NCBI GenBank assembly: GCA_026387835.1
Contig: JAPLKZ010000013.1
Span: forward strand, 1 to 32,000
Reading direction: 5' to 3'
DNA length: 32,000 nucleotides
DNA from: Candidatus Saganbacteria bacterium
Lineage (GTDB): Bacteria > Margulisbacteria > WOR-1 > JAKLHX01
The translations under genes were made by a program, and so were the position numbers. Position 1 is the first letter of the stretch; each line of letters starts with the position of its first letter. Shown here piece after piece: positions 8,487 through 18,450 of this stretch. A model generated the notes under the pieces. It was given only the letters and a program-made list of their open reading frames with translations, did no database searches and was not told the DNA's origin.

Positions 8487-10141
8487 GACGGTATTTTTAA
8501 AACAGCTCCGGTATTTGCCGACGTGACAAAATGCGCGTAGCGGGCAAGGTAGCCCGTCAGTTCTTTCTTTTTCGGCTTCCAGACCTTTAAGCGCTCTTCG
8601 ATCTCTTTCTGGCTGACCTTAAGCTCGAGTTTTCTTGCCGGGATATTTATTTCTATTTCATCACCGTCTTTTATAACGGCGATAGGTCCGCCTTCGGCCG
8701 CTTCCGGCGAAACATGTCCGATAGCCGGGCCTCTTGTACCGCCTGAAAATCTTCCATCGGTTATAAGCCCGACGGTATCTCCGAGTCCCATCCCGACGAT
8801 AGCGGAAGTGGGGGACAGCATCTCCCTCATTCCCGGCCCGCCTTTAGGCCCTTCATATCTTATGACAACAATATCCCCGGCCTTTATCTTTCCGTCCATT
8901 ATCGCTTTCATCGCGAGTTCTTCGCTGTCAAAGCATTTTGCTTTGCCTATGAGGACTTTCGCTCTTTCATTGACCGCGGTCTGCTTGACGACAGAACCGT
9001 GCGGCGCGAGATTTCCTTTCAGGACGGCGATGCCGCCTTCTTTGTGATAAGCTTTGTCGAGAGATCTGATGACATCGCTGTCATGGACTAAAGATGCTTT
9101 TGCTATCTCCTTGATGTTTTTCCCGCTGACCGTGATATTATCGTTCAAAAGATCGGCCAGGACGTGGAGCGCCGCAGGGACACCTCCGGCATACTCAAAA
9201 TCCTCCATAAAATGCTCGCCGCTCGGCCGCAGGTTCGTTATGTGGGGGGTCTTTCTGCTTATCTCTTCGATCGTGTCAAGGTCGATATCTATCCCGACCT
9301 CGTGGGCTATCGCAGGTATATGAAGGGCCGCATTCGTCGAACCGCCTAGGGCCATGTCTATCCTGATGCCGTTCAATATGGCATTCTTTGTCATGATCTT
9401 TCTCGCGCTGATGTCTTTCCTGACGAGCTCGACTATCTGCTCCCCGCTTTCATAAGCTATCATCCTGCTCTTGCTTGAAGCTGCAAGTGAGGAGCCGCTG
9501 CCGGTCAGAGACATGCCGATAGCTTCGGTGACGCAGGCCATGGTGTTTGCCGTATAAAGGCCGGCGCAGGAACCGACGCCCGGGCAGGCGCATATCTCAA
9601 GCTCTTCAAGCTCCTTTTCGGATAATTGGCCTGCTTTGCAGGATGCAAGAGCTTCGAAAGTATCTTTAACAAGGTCCGTCCTTCTTCCCCTGTGCATGCC
9701 GCTCATCATCGGGCCGACTGTAACTACTATGCACGGTATATCAAGCCGGCCTGCTGCCATCAGCATTCCCGGGGTTATCTTGTCGCATGCTGTCAATAAA
9801 ACAAGTCCGTCAAGAGCGTGAGCTTTAGCGACGGATTCGACTTCATCGGCTATAAGTTCCCTTGAAGGAAGACTGTAATACATTCCTTCGTGTCCCATCG
9901 CGATGCCGTCGCATATTGCCGGAACACCGAACTCAAAAGCGATACCTCCGCCTGAATGAATACCTTTTGCGATGACTGACGCGTAGTCTTTCATGCTGAT
10001 ATGTCCGGGCACAAGGTCCGTGAAGCTGTTCGCGATCCCGATGAAAGGTTTTTCAAGGCTCTTTTTTGTGACCCCGGTCGCATGCAGCAAAGAACGGTGA
10101 GGTGCGCGTTCTATGCCTTTTTTGATATTGTCGCTTTTCAT
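8483..10141 (-). CDS. ilvD: Dihydroxy-acid dehydratase
   Basis: [80 protein letters not shown]. Confidence 0.96.
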   Translation of the reverse strand: MKSDNIKKGIERAPHRSLLHATGVTKKSLEKPFIGIANSFTDLVPGHISMKDYASVIAKGIHSGGGIAFEFGVPAICDGIAMGHEGMYYSLPSRELIADEVESVAKAHALDGLVLLTACDKITPGMLMAAGRLDIPCIVVTVGPMMSGMHRGRRTDLVKDTFEALASCKAGQLSEKELEELEICACPGVGSCAGLYTANTMACVTEAIGMSLTGSGSSLAASSKSRMIAYESGEQIVELVRKDISARKIMTKNAILNGIRIDMALGGSTNAALHIPAIAHEVGIDIDLDTIEEISRKTPHITNLRPSGEHFMEDFEYAGGVPAALHVLADLLNDNITVSGKNIKEIAKASLVHDSDVIRSLDKAYHKEGGIAVLKGNLAPHGSVVKQTAVNERAKVLIGKAKCFDSEELAMKAIMDGKIKAGDIVVIRYEGPKGGPGMREMLSPTSAIVGMGLGDTVGLITDGRFSGGTRGPAIGHVSPEAAEGGPIAVIKDGDEIEINIPARKLELKVSQKEIEERLKVWKPKKKELTGYLARYAHFVTSANTGAVLKIPS

Positions 10142-10165
10142 TATATATTTTCCTCCATTGGGTAA

Positions 10166-10174
10166 ATTATAGCA
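10166..10174 (-). promoter_or_regulatory. Extended -10 promoter TGCTATAAT for ilvD, - strand
   Basis: The plus strand reads ATTATAGCA. ilvD ATG ends at 10141 and has an intervening GGAGGA Shine-Dalgarno. Confidence 0.5.
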
Positions 10175-10254
10175 TTTTGGAAAGCTGCAAGCTCTAAGCG
10201 GTAAAAGGGGAAGATCGAAGGCAGGATGGCGGACAAATTGCTGATGAGTATGAT

Positions 10255-10623
10255 GTGGGTATAGAATCCAAAATACTCGGGAACATCGGAGAAGACCTTG
10301 CGTGCGGGCTCCTGATCGAAATGGGCTGGAAGGTCATTGAGCGGAATTTCAGGTCCAATCACGGAGAGATCGATATTATCGCAAAAGATGAAGATATCCT
10401 CGTGTTTGTCGAGGTAAAGAGCTATACATATAGAAGCTTCTACAAGCCCGTCTTTTCTATAACACAGTATAAGAAAAAATCTTTGATCCACGCGGCGCGC
10501 ACATACATCATGTTGAACGGTGTAAAGGGCATAAACTGCAGGTTCGATGTGATCGCGACCTACAAAGACCGTAAAGGAGAACAGAAGACCGAGCATTTTA
10601 AGAATGCTTTCGAGATCAATTAA
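10255..10623 (+). CDS. yraN: YraN/UPF0102 family endonuclease-like protein (GTG start)
   Basis: [48 protein letters not shown]. No in-frame ATG upstream before a stop. Confidence 0.88.
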   Translation: MGIESKILGNIGEDLACGLLIEMGWKVIERNFRSNHGEIDIIAKDEDILVFVEVKSYTYRSFYKPVFSITQYKKKSLIHAARTYIMLNGVKGINCRFDVIATYKDRKGEQKTEHFKNAFEIN

Positions 10624-10635
10624 AGGAGGAATATT

Positions 10636-12168
10636 ATGTTTGTCAAGATCAAAAGCGCAGCTTTCCTGGGATTAAAAAGTTATCTGGTAGATGTCGAAGT
10701 CGATTCAAGCCACGGACTGCCCGGACAGTCGATCGTCGGGCTTCCGGATGCGGCAGTAAAAGAGAGCCGCGACAGGGTCAAAGCGGCGATCAATAATTCC
10801 GGTTTTGAATTTCCCGGCGGTTATTTTACGATCAATCTTGCTCCTGCCGATATAAGAAAAGAAGGGCCGATGTATGACCTTCCGATCGCGCTCGGTGTCC
10901 TCCTTGCTTCAGAGCAGATAGGCTCAAAGATGCTCGAAGATACCGCTGTTTTCGGAGAACTTTCTTTGGACGGAAATGTCAGGCCGGTCGAGGGGATGCT
11001 TCCGATGTGCTGCGCCTTGAAAGAGGGAAACATCAAAAGAGCGATAGTCCCGAAAGAGAATGCAGATGAAGCAGCTCTTGTAGAACAACTTGAGGTCATT
11101 CCCGTTGACTGCGTCAATTCAGCCATTGATTTTTTGTCGGGCAATAAAGAGATAAAGGCACACAAGGTAGACCTTGAGGCTTTGTTTTCAAAACAAGCAG
11201 AATACGACTGTGATTTTTCAGAGGTCAAAGGCCAGTTCCATGCGAAAAGAGCGCTTGAGGTCGCGGCAGCCGGAGGCCATAACATCCTTTTATCCGGTCC
11301 TCCGGGCTCAGGCAAGACCATGCTTGCGAGAAGGCTTCCTTCCATACTTCCCCCGCTTTCGCTGGCAGAAGCACTCGAGGTAACTAAGATCTACAGTATC
11401 AGCGGCATGCTTCCATCAAGGAACTCCCTGATAACCAGAAGACCGTTCAGAAGCCCGCACCACACTACATCAGATATCGGGATAACCGGAGGCGGAAGGA
11501 TACCACGTCCCGGGGAGATCACTCTGTCACATCACGGAATTTTGTTCATGGATGAGTTCCCGGAGTTCGGCAGGGAAGTACTTGAGGTCTTAAGGCAGCC
11601 GCTTGAGGACGGGGATATTTCTATCTGCAGGGCGGCTACGTCAATAACATATCCGGCGCAGTTCATGCTGGTCGCTGCGATGAACCCATGTCCCTGCGGC
11701 AATTTTGGGGACCCGACAACAGAGTGTACATGTCCTCCTTTTAAGATACAAAGATACCTTCAAAAACTGTCCGGACCGCTCCTGGACAGGATAGATATCC
11801 ATGTGAATGTTCCGAGGTTGAAAAAGGAAGAGCTCATCTCTTACCCTTCGGGAGAAGCGTCTTCTTCGATCAGGGAAAGGGTGTCAATGGCCAGGAAAAT
11901 CCAGCAGGAAAGATTCTCCGGCACAAAAATATCTTCGAACGCCAAGATGACGTCAAAATACGTGAAGAAATACTGCATCCTTGACGAAGAAGCTGAAGAA
12001 TTGATGAAAAAGGCTATTTTGCATTTCAGATTGACAGGCAGGTCGTATGATAAGATCCTCAAGATTTCGCGGACAATAGCCGACCTCGAGACAAGCGAAC
12101 AAATATCCGCCAGACATATTGCCGAAGCGGTGCAGTATAGGGATGGGAATTTCTCAGGGATATTGTAG
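10636..12168 (+). CDS. comM: YifB/ComM-family Mg-chelatase-like AAA+ ATPase
   Basis: VDVEVDSSHGLPGQSIVGLPDAAVKESRDRVKAAI, GPPGSGKTMLARRLPSILPPL, FRSPHHTTSD, MAAMNPCPCGNFGD. Confidence 0.93.
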   Translation: MFVKIKSAAFLGLKSYLVDVEVDSSHGLPGQSIVGLPDAAVKESRDRVKAAINNSGFEFPGGYFTINLAPADIRKEGPMYDLPIALGVLLASEQIGSKMLEDTAVFGELSLDGNVRPVEGMLPMCCALKEGNIKRAIVPKENADEAALVEQLEVIPVDCVNSAIDFLSGNKEIKAHKVDLEALFSKQAEYDCDFSEVKGQFHAKRALEVAAAGGHNILLSGPPGSGKTMLARRLPSILPPLSLAEALEVTKIYSISGMLPSRNSLITRRPFRSPHHTTSDIGITGGGRIPRPGEITLSHHGILFMDEFPEFGREVLEVLRQPLEDGDISICRAATSITYPAQFMLVAAMNPCPCGNFGDPTTECTCPPFKIQRYLQKLSGPLLDRIDIHVNVPRLKKEELISYPSGEASSSIRERVSMARKIQQERFSGTKISSNAKMTSKYVKKYCILDEEAEELMKKAILHFRLTGRSYDKILKISRTIADLETSEQISARHIAEAVQYRDGNFSGIL

Positions 12169-12207
12169 AAAATATGAAAATCCCCCTAAAAAATCCCTGA
12201 TCCAATA

Positions 12208-12236
12208 TTGACAAAAATTACTTCATCATATAAACT
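12208..12236 (+). promoter_or_regulatory. Sigma70-like promoter of the MarR-RND operon: TTGACA-N17-TAAACT
   Basis: Perfect -35 (12208-12213), 17-bp spacer, -10-like TAAACT (12231-12236). An odd palindrome CTATTTAATAG overlaps it at 12235-12245. Confidence 0.55.
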
Positions 12237-12258
12237 ATTTAATAGGTAAACATATTCC

Positions 12259-12714
12259 ATGAACACAGGCGAACTGAACGACTTCATAGAAAAGTTCGAA
12301 AGCTGCATGTCAGTCATAACAAAGGGCTTCCACGGCGGTGGATTCTCGGAAATAAACGATATCGATATAACAATACCGCAGTTCGTTGCGCTGAACATTA
12401 TCGCCAAAAAGGAATGTCCCAAGATGTCAGACCTCAGCGCCGAGCTCGGAGTGACGCTCGGCAACATGACCATGATGATAGACAGGCTGATAAAGGAGGA
12501 CTTTGTCGAAAGAAAAGGGGACCCTGAGGACAGGCGCATCGTAAGGGTTTGTCTTAATCAGAAAGGGAAGAACCTTATAAAAAAAGCCAAAGAACATAAA
12601 ATGGACAGTATGGCCAGAATTTTCGGCAAAATGTCCGAAGGCGACAGGAAATCCCTTCTGCACATCATAGAAAAATTGACCGGCGCGATAAGACAGGAAC
12701 AAGAAAGGGGATAA
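12259..12714 (+). CDS. MarR-family transcriptional regulator
   Basis: Winged-helix LSAELGVTLGNMTMMIDRLIKEDFVERKGDPEDRRIVRVCLNQKGKNLI. Confidence 0.9.
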   Translation: MNTGELNDFIEKFESCMSVITKGFHGGGFSEINDIDITIPQFVALNIIAKKECPKMSDLSAELGVTLGNMTMMIDRLIKEDFVERKGDPEDRRIVRVCLNQKGKNLIKKAKEHKMDSMARIFGKMSEGDRKSLLHIIEKLTGAIRQEQERG

Positions 12715-12717
12715 AAG

Positions 12718-13617
12718 ATGAAAACAAAAAGAATTGTCTGGATAATACTGGTACTGCTGGTTCTTCTTCTTTTTTACAGGGCATGCACAAGGATAAGGAG
12801 CGCGAAAAAGCTCGAGACCGGGCGCATCATTCCGGTAACCGTCACAACCCCCAAGATAGGTACCATAGAGAATATATTGACCCTGACAGGCGACATAAAA
12901 GGCGAGTCCGAGGTCAGCGTAAGGCCCAGGATCGCGGGCAGAGTGGAAGAGATCTTTGTAAAAGAGGGCGACCATGTCAGCAAAGGCGATGTTTTGCTCT
13001 CATTTCTGGCGGGGATAAAAGAGGACGATCCCATATATGAGGACATGGTAGTCCGTGCCCCTATATCGGGATTTATCGGAATGCAGCTCGTAAAGATAGG
13101 CGACCAGGTGATCAGCTCGGTAGGAACCAATAACCCTGTTTTTGTCATCTACGGCATTGATAATGTAAAGATATATGCCAATGTGCCGGAAAAATTCTAT
13201 ACTCTTGTTTCAAAAGGGACACCTGCCATGATATACCCTGATGCGCTTCCCGGAAAAGTGTTCAGAGGTTCGGTCAGCAGGATAAGACCGGTGATCGATC
13301 CAAGCACGCGGACCATCCAGGTTGAGATAATCATTCCCAATACTTCCTATATAATAAGGCCGGGAATGTTCGCGAAAGTGGACCTTATTCTCCAGAAAAA
13401 ATCTAATGTGATGATAATCCCGTCGGATGCAGTCCTTAATAACGAGGAAGATTATGTTTTTACCGCCGATAACGGTCATGCCATGAAAAAAAATGTCGTC
13501 AAAGGGATCGAAAGCGAGAATGAATTAGAGATAAAAAGCGGTCTTTTACAGACCGACAAAGTGATCATAAACGGCCAGAGGATCGTTACGGAAGGATCGA
13601 CCATCGAGGTCAAATAA
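12718..13617 (+). CDS. RND efflux periplasmic adaptor (membrane fusion protein)
   Basis: RIAGRVEEIFVKEGDHVSKGDVLLSF, VRAPISGFIG and a C-terminal beta-barrel region. Confidence 0.9.
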   Translation: MKTKRIVWIILVLLVLLLFYRACTRIRSAKKLETGRIIPVTVTTPKIGTIENILTLTGDIKGESEVSVRPRIAGRVEEIFVKEGDHVSKGDVLLSFLAGIKEDDPIYEDMVVRAPISGFIGMQLVKIGDQVISSVGTNNPVFVIYGIDNVKIYANVPEKFYTLVSKGTPAMIYPDALPGKVFRGSVSRIRPVIDPSTRTIQVEIIIPNTSYIIRPGMFAKVDLILQKKSNVMIIPSDAVLNNEEDYVFTADNGHAMKKNVVKGIESENELEIKSGLLQTDKVIINGQRIVTEGSTIEVK

Positions 13618-16600
13618 TGATAAAGAATTTTGTCACAAGGCCGCTTTTTACCTTCTCGATATTTATAGTCCTTATAATATTCGGGGTCTTAAGTTATTCC
13701 CGTCTGCCGCTTGATTTTCTCCCTAACATATCACTCCCGACGCTGACGATCATCACACCTTATCCCGGAGCAAGCGCGGACGATATTGAAATAACGGTCT
13801 CAAAGGTAATAGAGGATTCAGTTGCCACCGTTACGAACATCGACAAGATCACTTCCAACAGCATGGAGAACATCTCTATCGTGACGATCAATTTCAAATG
13901 GGGATCTGATATCGATGCGGCTGCGGCTGATGTAAGGGACAAGATGGACCTGATAAACGCAAAGCTCCCGAAAGATGTCCAGCCGTCAACAATATATAAA
14001 TTCGATACATCACAGATCCCGATCCTGATCATGGGTGTTTCAGCGGATCAGTCATATAAAGGGTTGTACGACTTAGCGGACAAAAAAATCACAAACCTGA
14101 TGAAAAGGGTGCAGGGTGTCGGCACCGTCACGATCCTCGGTGGTCTGCAGAGGCAGATCAACGTGGATGTCGACAGGACAAGACTGGAAGCCTACCACCT
14201 TTCTATCGGGCAGGTCAACCTGGCACTCCAGGCTGCGAACCTTTCCATGCCTGCCGGCAGCATCAAATCAACGGAACTCGAATACGGGATAAGGATCCCC
14301 GGAGAATATTCGAACATGGACGAGATATCGAAGACAGTGATCGGGAGTTACCAGGGCAAGAGTATTTTTATTTCCGACATAGCAAGAGTTACGGATTCAT
14401 TCAAAGAGCCGGATAATATGACCGAGGTGGACCAAAAGCCGGGAATAATGCTGATGGTCCAGAAGCAATCCGGTGCAAATACCGTGCAGGTCACCCAGGC
14501 GCTCCGGAAAGAAATAGTCAGGATGCAGGATGAACTCCCGCCGGACATTAAATTCAGTTATGTGCAGGACACTTCCGAATATATTTCCAGGTCAATAAAC
14601 GAATTGACCAAAACATTGTACTGGTCCTTCCTGTTTGTCGTGCTGACGGTCCTATTCTTCTTAAGGAACGTAAGAGGTTCCCTGATCGTATCACTGGCCA
14701 TCCCGATGTCCATAATTGCCGCGTTCATTTATATGTTCTATACAGGAGCTTCAATAAATATAATTTCGCTTGCGTCCATCATCATTTCCATAGGTGTGGT
14801 GGTGGATGATGCGATCGTGGTCATGGAAAATATTTACAGGCACATGGAAAAAAAACATGAAGCTCCGGTCGAGGCTGCAATTTACGGCGGGGGAGAAGTG
14901 TCAGGCGCCGTTATCGCTTCCACAACGACCAACCTTGCCATATTCATCCCGTTACTCCTTGTCCAGGGTTTCATCGGGATATTTTTCAACCAATTATCCA
15001 TTATCACGATAGTAGTGATATCGATGTCGCTTTTTACGGCAATGACTTTGACCCCGATGCTTTCGTCCAAGCTTCTTGAGATAAAAAAAGAAGGAGAGAA
15101 CAAGAAGAACTTCTTTTCGGACATCCATGACAGAAGCGAAGAAGCCTTTAATTTTATCGAGGAACAATACAAAAAGATCCTTAGTTGGTCCCTCAACAAC
15201 AGAAAAAGGGTCGTCATCATCTGCTCCCTGATATTTTTTCTGAGCATGCCGCTGTTCCTGGTGGTGGGGACTGAATTCTTTCCCGACCAGGATAACGGTC
15301 TTGCGACCGCGACAGTGGAGCTTGCCGCGGGTTCTAAGTTTGAGCGTACTGCTGAAATCATGAGAAAAATCGAGGCGGAGGTAAAACGCCAGGTGCCGGA
15401 ACTCGAGTTCATTCTTATCACTGCCGGGTCAAGCCAGAGGGTCAGCCTCACGAACGATTCCGGACCCAATAAAGGCAAGATCTATCTTAAGCTGGTCCCG
15501 ATGGACAAGAGAAAAAGATCGCTTAAAGAGATACAAAGACAGGTAGCCGGTATTGCCATGTCGATCCCCGGCCTCAAGAATATTACTTTTGCCGCAGCCG
15601 GGGCAAACGCGCTTGGCGGAGCGAATAAACCGGTCACAGTTGAAATATACGGGAATAATTTTGATGTAATGGACCAGGTTACTTCAGATCTCAAGCAAAA
15701 GTTCGATAGAATACCGGGTATTGTCGACCCGTCACTTTCAAGAGAAAAGACTAATCCGGAATACGCCCTGAAGATCGACCGGGAAAAAGCCTCGGATTTC
15801 GGGCTTACGATGTATGATGTGGCGATGGCAGCCAGGCAGTATATTTACGGGAACACCTCCACAAAATACCGTGAGCAGGGGGATGAATACGATATCTTTG
15901 TCAGGCTTGACGAGGACAGCAGAAAGTCGATCGACGATATAAAGAATGTTTATGTGACCAACAGGATGGGGCAGAATATTTCTTTGGGTAACATTGCGAC
16001 TGTGGAGCTGCGCAACGGGCCTCAGGTGATCGAGAGGAAGAACCAGCAAAGATATGAAAGATATGAAGCGGATTATTTCGGCAGGCCTCTCGGAGATATA
16101 ATAAGGGACGTCAGCAGGATAATATCAAAGACGAGTATTCCGGCCGATGTCACGGTAAAGATAACCGGCAATGCCGAACAAATGGCAGAAAGCTTTAAAT
16201 CTCTGTTCATAGCCCTTATTTTAGGAATATCCCTGATCTACCTTGTCATGGTCGCGCAGTTTGAATCTTTCCTCGAACCTTTCATTATCATGTTCGCAAT
16301 CCCGTTCGCGCTTGTCGGGGTCGTCTGGGCCCTCTTTTTGACGGGCTTGCCGTTCGGAGTGATGCCTTTTATAGGCCTGATAATGGTGGTCGGTGTCGCC
16401 GTAAAAAATTCAATAGTCCTTGTAGATTATACGAATATACTCAGGGAAAGAGGCATAGAAATAAAGGAATCGATCCTTGAAGCGGGAAAAACAAGGCTTC
16501 GTCCGATCCTGATGACCTCATGCACCGCAATATTAGGTCTGCTCCCAATTGTTTTCGGAACAGGAGAAGGTTCGGGCTTTTGGAAGAATATGTCAATCGC

Positions 16601-16712
16601 CGTTCTTGGAGGTCTGATTGTGTCGGCGACGATAAGTCTTGTTTTCGTTCCCACGTTCTACTTCATTGTAGAAAGCCGGTTCAAGGACAAAGGCGCTGGA
16701 GGAGGAAAATAA
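13617..16712 (+). CDS. RND efflux permease, HAE1/AcrB-like
   Basis: About 1031 aa. FVTRPLFTFSIFIVLIIFGVLSYSRLPLDFLPNI, SIGVVVDDAIVVMENIYRHME, VVGVAVKNSIVLVDYTN, LRPILMTSCTAILGLLP. Confidence 0.96.
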   Translation: MIKNFVTRPLFTFSIFIVLIIFGVLSYSRLPLDFLPNISLPTLTIITPYPGASADDIEITVSKVIEDSVATVTNIDKITSNSMENISIVTINFKWGSDIDAAAADVRDKMDLINAKLPKDVQPSTIYKFDTSQIPILIMGVSADQSYKGLYDLADKKITNLMKRVQGVGTVTILGGLQRQINVDVDRTRLEAYHLSIGQVNLALQAANLSMPAGSIKSTELEYGIRIPGEYSNMDEISKTVIGSYQGKSIFISDIARVTDSFKEPDNMTEVDQKPGIMLMVQKQSGANTVQVTQALRKEIVRMQDELPPDIKFSYVQDTSEYISRSINELTKTLYWSFLFVVLTVLFFLRNVRGSLIVSLAIPMSIIAAFIYMFYTGASINIISLASIIISIGVVVDDAIVVMENIYRHMEKKHEAPVEAAIYGGGEVSGAVIASTTTNLAIFIPLLLVQGFIGIFFNQLSIITIVVISMSLFTAMTLTPMLSSKLLEIKKEGENKKNFFSDIHDRSEEAFNFIEEQYKKILSWSLNNRKRVVIICSLIFFLSMPLFLVVGTEFFPDQDNGLATATVELAAGSKFERTAEIMRKIEAEVKRQVPELEFILITAGSSQRVSLTNDSGPNKGKIYLKLVPMDKRKRSLKEIQRQVAGIAMSIPGLKNITFAAAGANALGGANKPVTVEIYGNNFDVMDQVTSDLKQKFDRIPGIVDPSLSREKTNPEYALKIDREKASDFGLTMYDVAMAARQYIYGNTSTKYREQGDEYDIFVRLDEDSRKSIDDIKNVYVTNRMGQNISLGNIATVELRNGPQVIERKNQQRYERYEADYFGRPLGDIIRDVSRIISKTSIPADVTVKITGNAEQMAESFKSLFIALILGISLIYLVMVAQFESFLEPFIIMFAIPFALVGVVWALFLTGLPFGVMPFIGLIMVVGVAVKNSIVLVDYTNILRERGIEIKESILEAGKTRLRPILMTSCTAILGLLPIVFGTGEGSGFWKNMSIAVLGGLIVSATISLVFVPTFYFIVESRFKDKGAGGGK

Positions 16713-16713
16713 A

Positions 16714-17004
16714 ATGAAAGGATTATTTATTGTTTATGCGCCGGCCATAGAGAACAATGTACTGGAAATAATGAATAAGTCAGGGATAAAGCATTACACG
16801 AAATTCCCTTACCTGCACGGCATCGGCGGTCATTCAGAGCGGCATCTTGATACGCATGTCTGGCCGGGCTCAAATTCCGCAGTGCTGGCGGTAGTTGATG
16901 AAACCGCTGCTTCAAATGTCCTGCCGGGATTAAAAAAGATAAAGGAAGAATTCCTCGACGAAGGGTTGAAAGTTTTTGTTGTCCCGATGGAGGTGGCGAT
17001 ATGA
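16714..17004 (+). CDS. Small PII-like transporter-associated protein (PG0541-type) linked to the RND pump
   Basis: 96 aa, MKGLFIVYAPAIENNVLEIMNKSGIKHYTKFPYLHGIGG. Lies immediately after the RND gene with a 4-nt overlap into the TolC gene. Confidence 0.65.
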   Translation: MKGLFIVYAPAIENNVLEIMNKSGIKHYTKFPYLHGIGGHSERHLDTHVWPGSNSAVLAVVDETAASNVLPGLKKIKEEFLDEGLKVFVVPMEVAI

Positions 17005-18380
17005 AGTCCGGATCAGGGAAAATCAAGGCATCAAATTTGCGGAGCGTAAAAACATTCCGGACTTCTATTTTGACCGCCTGTTTTATGCTTGGAGCGTGCA
17101 ATATATCTTTTGCCGTCGAGCTCGACTTGCAACAATCAATAGATCTTGCATACTCGAAGAACCCGGCAATAATTAACGCCCAGGAAAAGGTCAATATCGC
17201 TTCCGCCAAAATGGGGCAGGCCGGTTCTTATCTTCTTCCGTCACTTAATCTAAGCGCGAGCAAAGGACAGAATTATGTCCAGCCTATGGTCATCCAGCTG
17301 CCTTCGCAGTTCGGAGGCGGGTCTATCACCGCAGGTCCTGACGAAGCCGCGAAAACCAGTTCGTACAGCCTGACAGCCCAGCAGGTCCTGTTCGCAGGCG
17401 GAAGGGTCGTCACAAACATGTCGATCGCAAAATCCCAGTACGATTCTGCAGGTCAGGACCTCAGGAAGGCGCAACAAGATACTTCATACAATGTCACATC
17501 CGCATATTTTGAAGTGCTTAAGGAAAAAAAATATTTAGAGATCATGACAAATTCCGTGGAGAACCTGAAAAGGAACTCAAGGATAACGGAGGTCCTTTAT
17601 AATTCAGGCATAGCGCCCGTCTCAGACCTTATCAGGATGAAATCGGCGGTGGCTAACCAGGAGGTCATGAAGATGCAGGTCCAGATGCTCTATGACCTGT
17701 CAAAGCTTTCTTTCCAGGCCGCCATCGGCGAAAAGTTCGCGGAAGATTTCGACCTGAAGGAAGAAGCTCTTCCGGGTGTACAGGGACCTGTGCCGGCGCT
17801 GGATTCATTGCTGAACAAGGCTTATGTTAGCAGGCCGGATTTCAGGTCGTTCGAGATAGGGATCGATATTTCACGCAATGTGGTGGCTTTTTCCTACGGC
17901 ACCTATTTGCCCAGCATACTATACCAGTATTCCTTCGGCAGATCAGCAAGCGAATATCAGACCAATAAGACATGGAGCAACGATCTGGCTAACTGGAGAT
18001 CGATGTTCGTCACGCAATGGGAGATCTTTAACGGCTTCAATACCCAGAACAAGATAAGGGAAGCATATGCTACGCTCAATTCGATGAAAGCACAGGAACA
18101 ATCGGTCAGGGACAGTGTGACGATAGACGTGACCGCGTCGCTCCTGACCCTGAACAGCACTATAGAGAAGGTAAAAGCAGCAAGGATCGCATCCGATTTG
18201 TCTGACAGGGCTCTGAAATCGGTCGAAGCCGCGTACAAGTCCAATATCACGACCCAGCAGGCATATCTTGACGCTCAGAACGCTTACTCGCTCTCGATGC
18301 TTAACTACTGGGCGGCGAGATATGAACTCGAGGTCTCAAAAGCCAGGCTGAACAAATCTGTCGGGGACAAGGTCATATAA
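17001..18380 (+). CDS. TolC-family outer membrane efflux protein (RND operon)
   Basis: Signal peptide, LDLQQSIDLAYSKNPAIINAQEKV, and the internal repeat SDLSDRALKSVEAAYKSNITTQQAYLDAQNAYSLSMLNYWAARYELEVSKARL. Confidence 0.92.
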   Translation: MKSGSGKIKASNLRSVKTFRTSILTACFMLGACNISFAVELDLQQSIDLAYSKNPAIINAQEKVNIASAKMGQAGSYLLPSLNLSASKGQNYVQPMVIQLPSQFGGGSITAGPDEAAKTSSYSLTAQQVLFAGGRVVTNMSIAKSQYDSAGQDLRKAQQDTSYNVTSAYFEVLKEKKYLEIMTNSVENLKRNSRITEVLYNSGIAPVSDLIRMKSAVANQEVMKMQVQMLYDLSKLSFQAAIGEKFAEDFDLKEEALPGVQGPVPALDSLLNKAYVSRPDFRSFEIGIDISRNVVAFSYGTYLPSILYQYSFGRSASEYQTNKTWSNDLANWRSMFVTQWEIFNGFNTQNKIREAYATLNSMKAQEQSVRDSVTIDVTASLLTLNSTIEKVKAARIASDLSDRALKSVEAAYKSNITTQQAYLDAQNAYSLSMLNYWAARYELEVSKARLNKSVGDKVI

Positions 18381-18436
18381 TCTCCGCGTCCGGTTGCGAA
18401 AAGAATGTTATACCCAGAAAAACAATATATATAATG

Positions 18437-18442
18437 TATAAT
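18437..18442 (+). promoter_or_regulatory. Candidate -10 TATAAT of the bile-acid:Na+ symporter-like gene
   Basis: TATAAT ends 8 nt before ATG 18451. There is no room for a Shine-Dalgarno, and an overlapping TATAAT lies at 18430-18435. Confidence 0.4.
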
Positions 18443-18450
18443 ATTTATAT

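Noticed and set aside
10141-10596. 151-aa minus-strand ORF
   Set aside because: It is antisense to yraN, which has clear family motifs, and it overlaps the ilvD upstream region. Its protein has no recognisable features.
14882-15478. 198-aa minus-strand ORF inside the RND permease
   Set aside because: Shadow ORF opposite a highly conserved coding sequence with no independent evidence.
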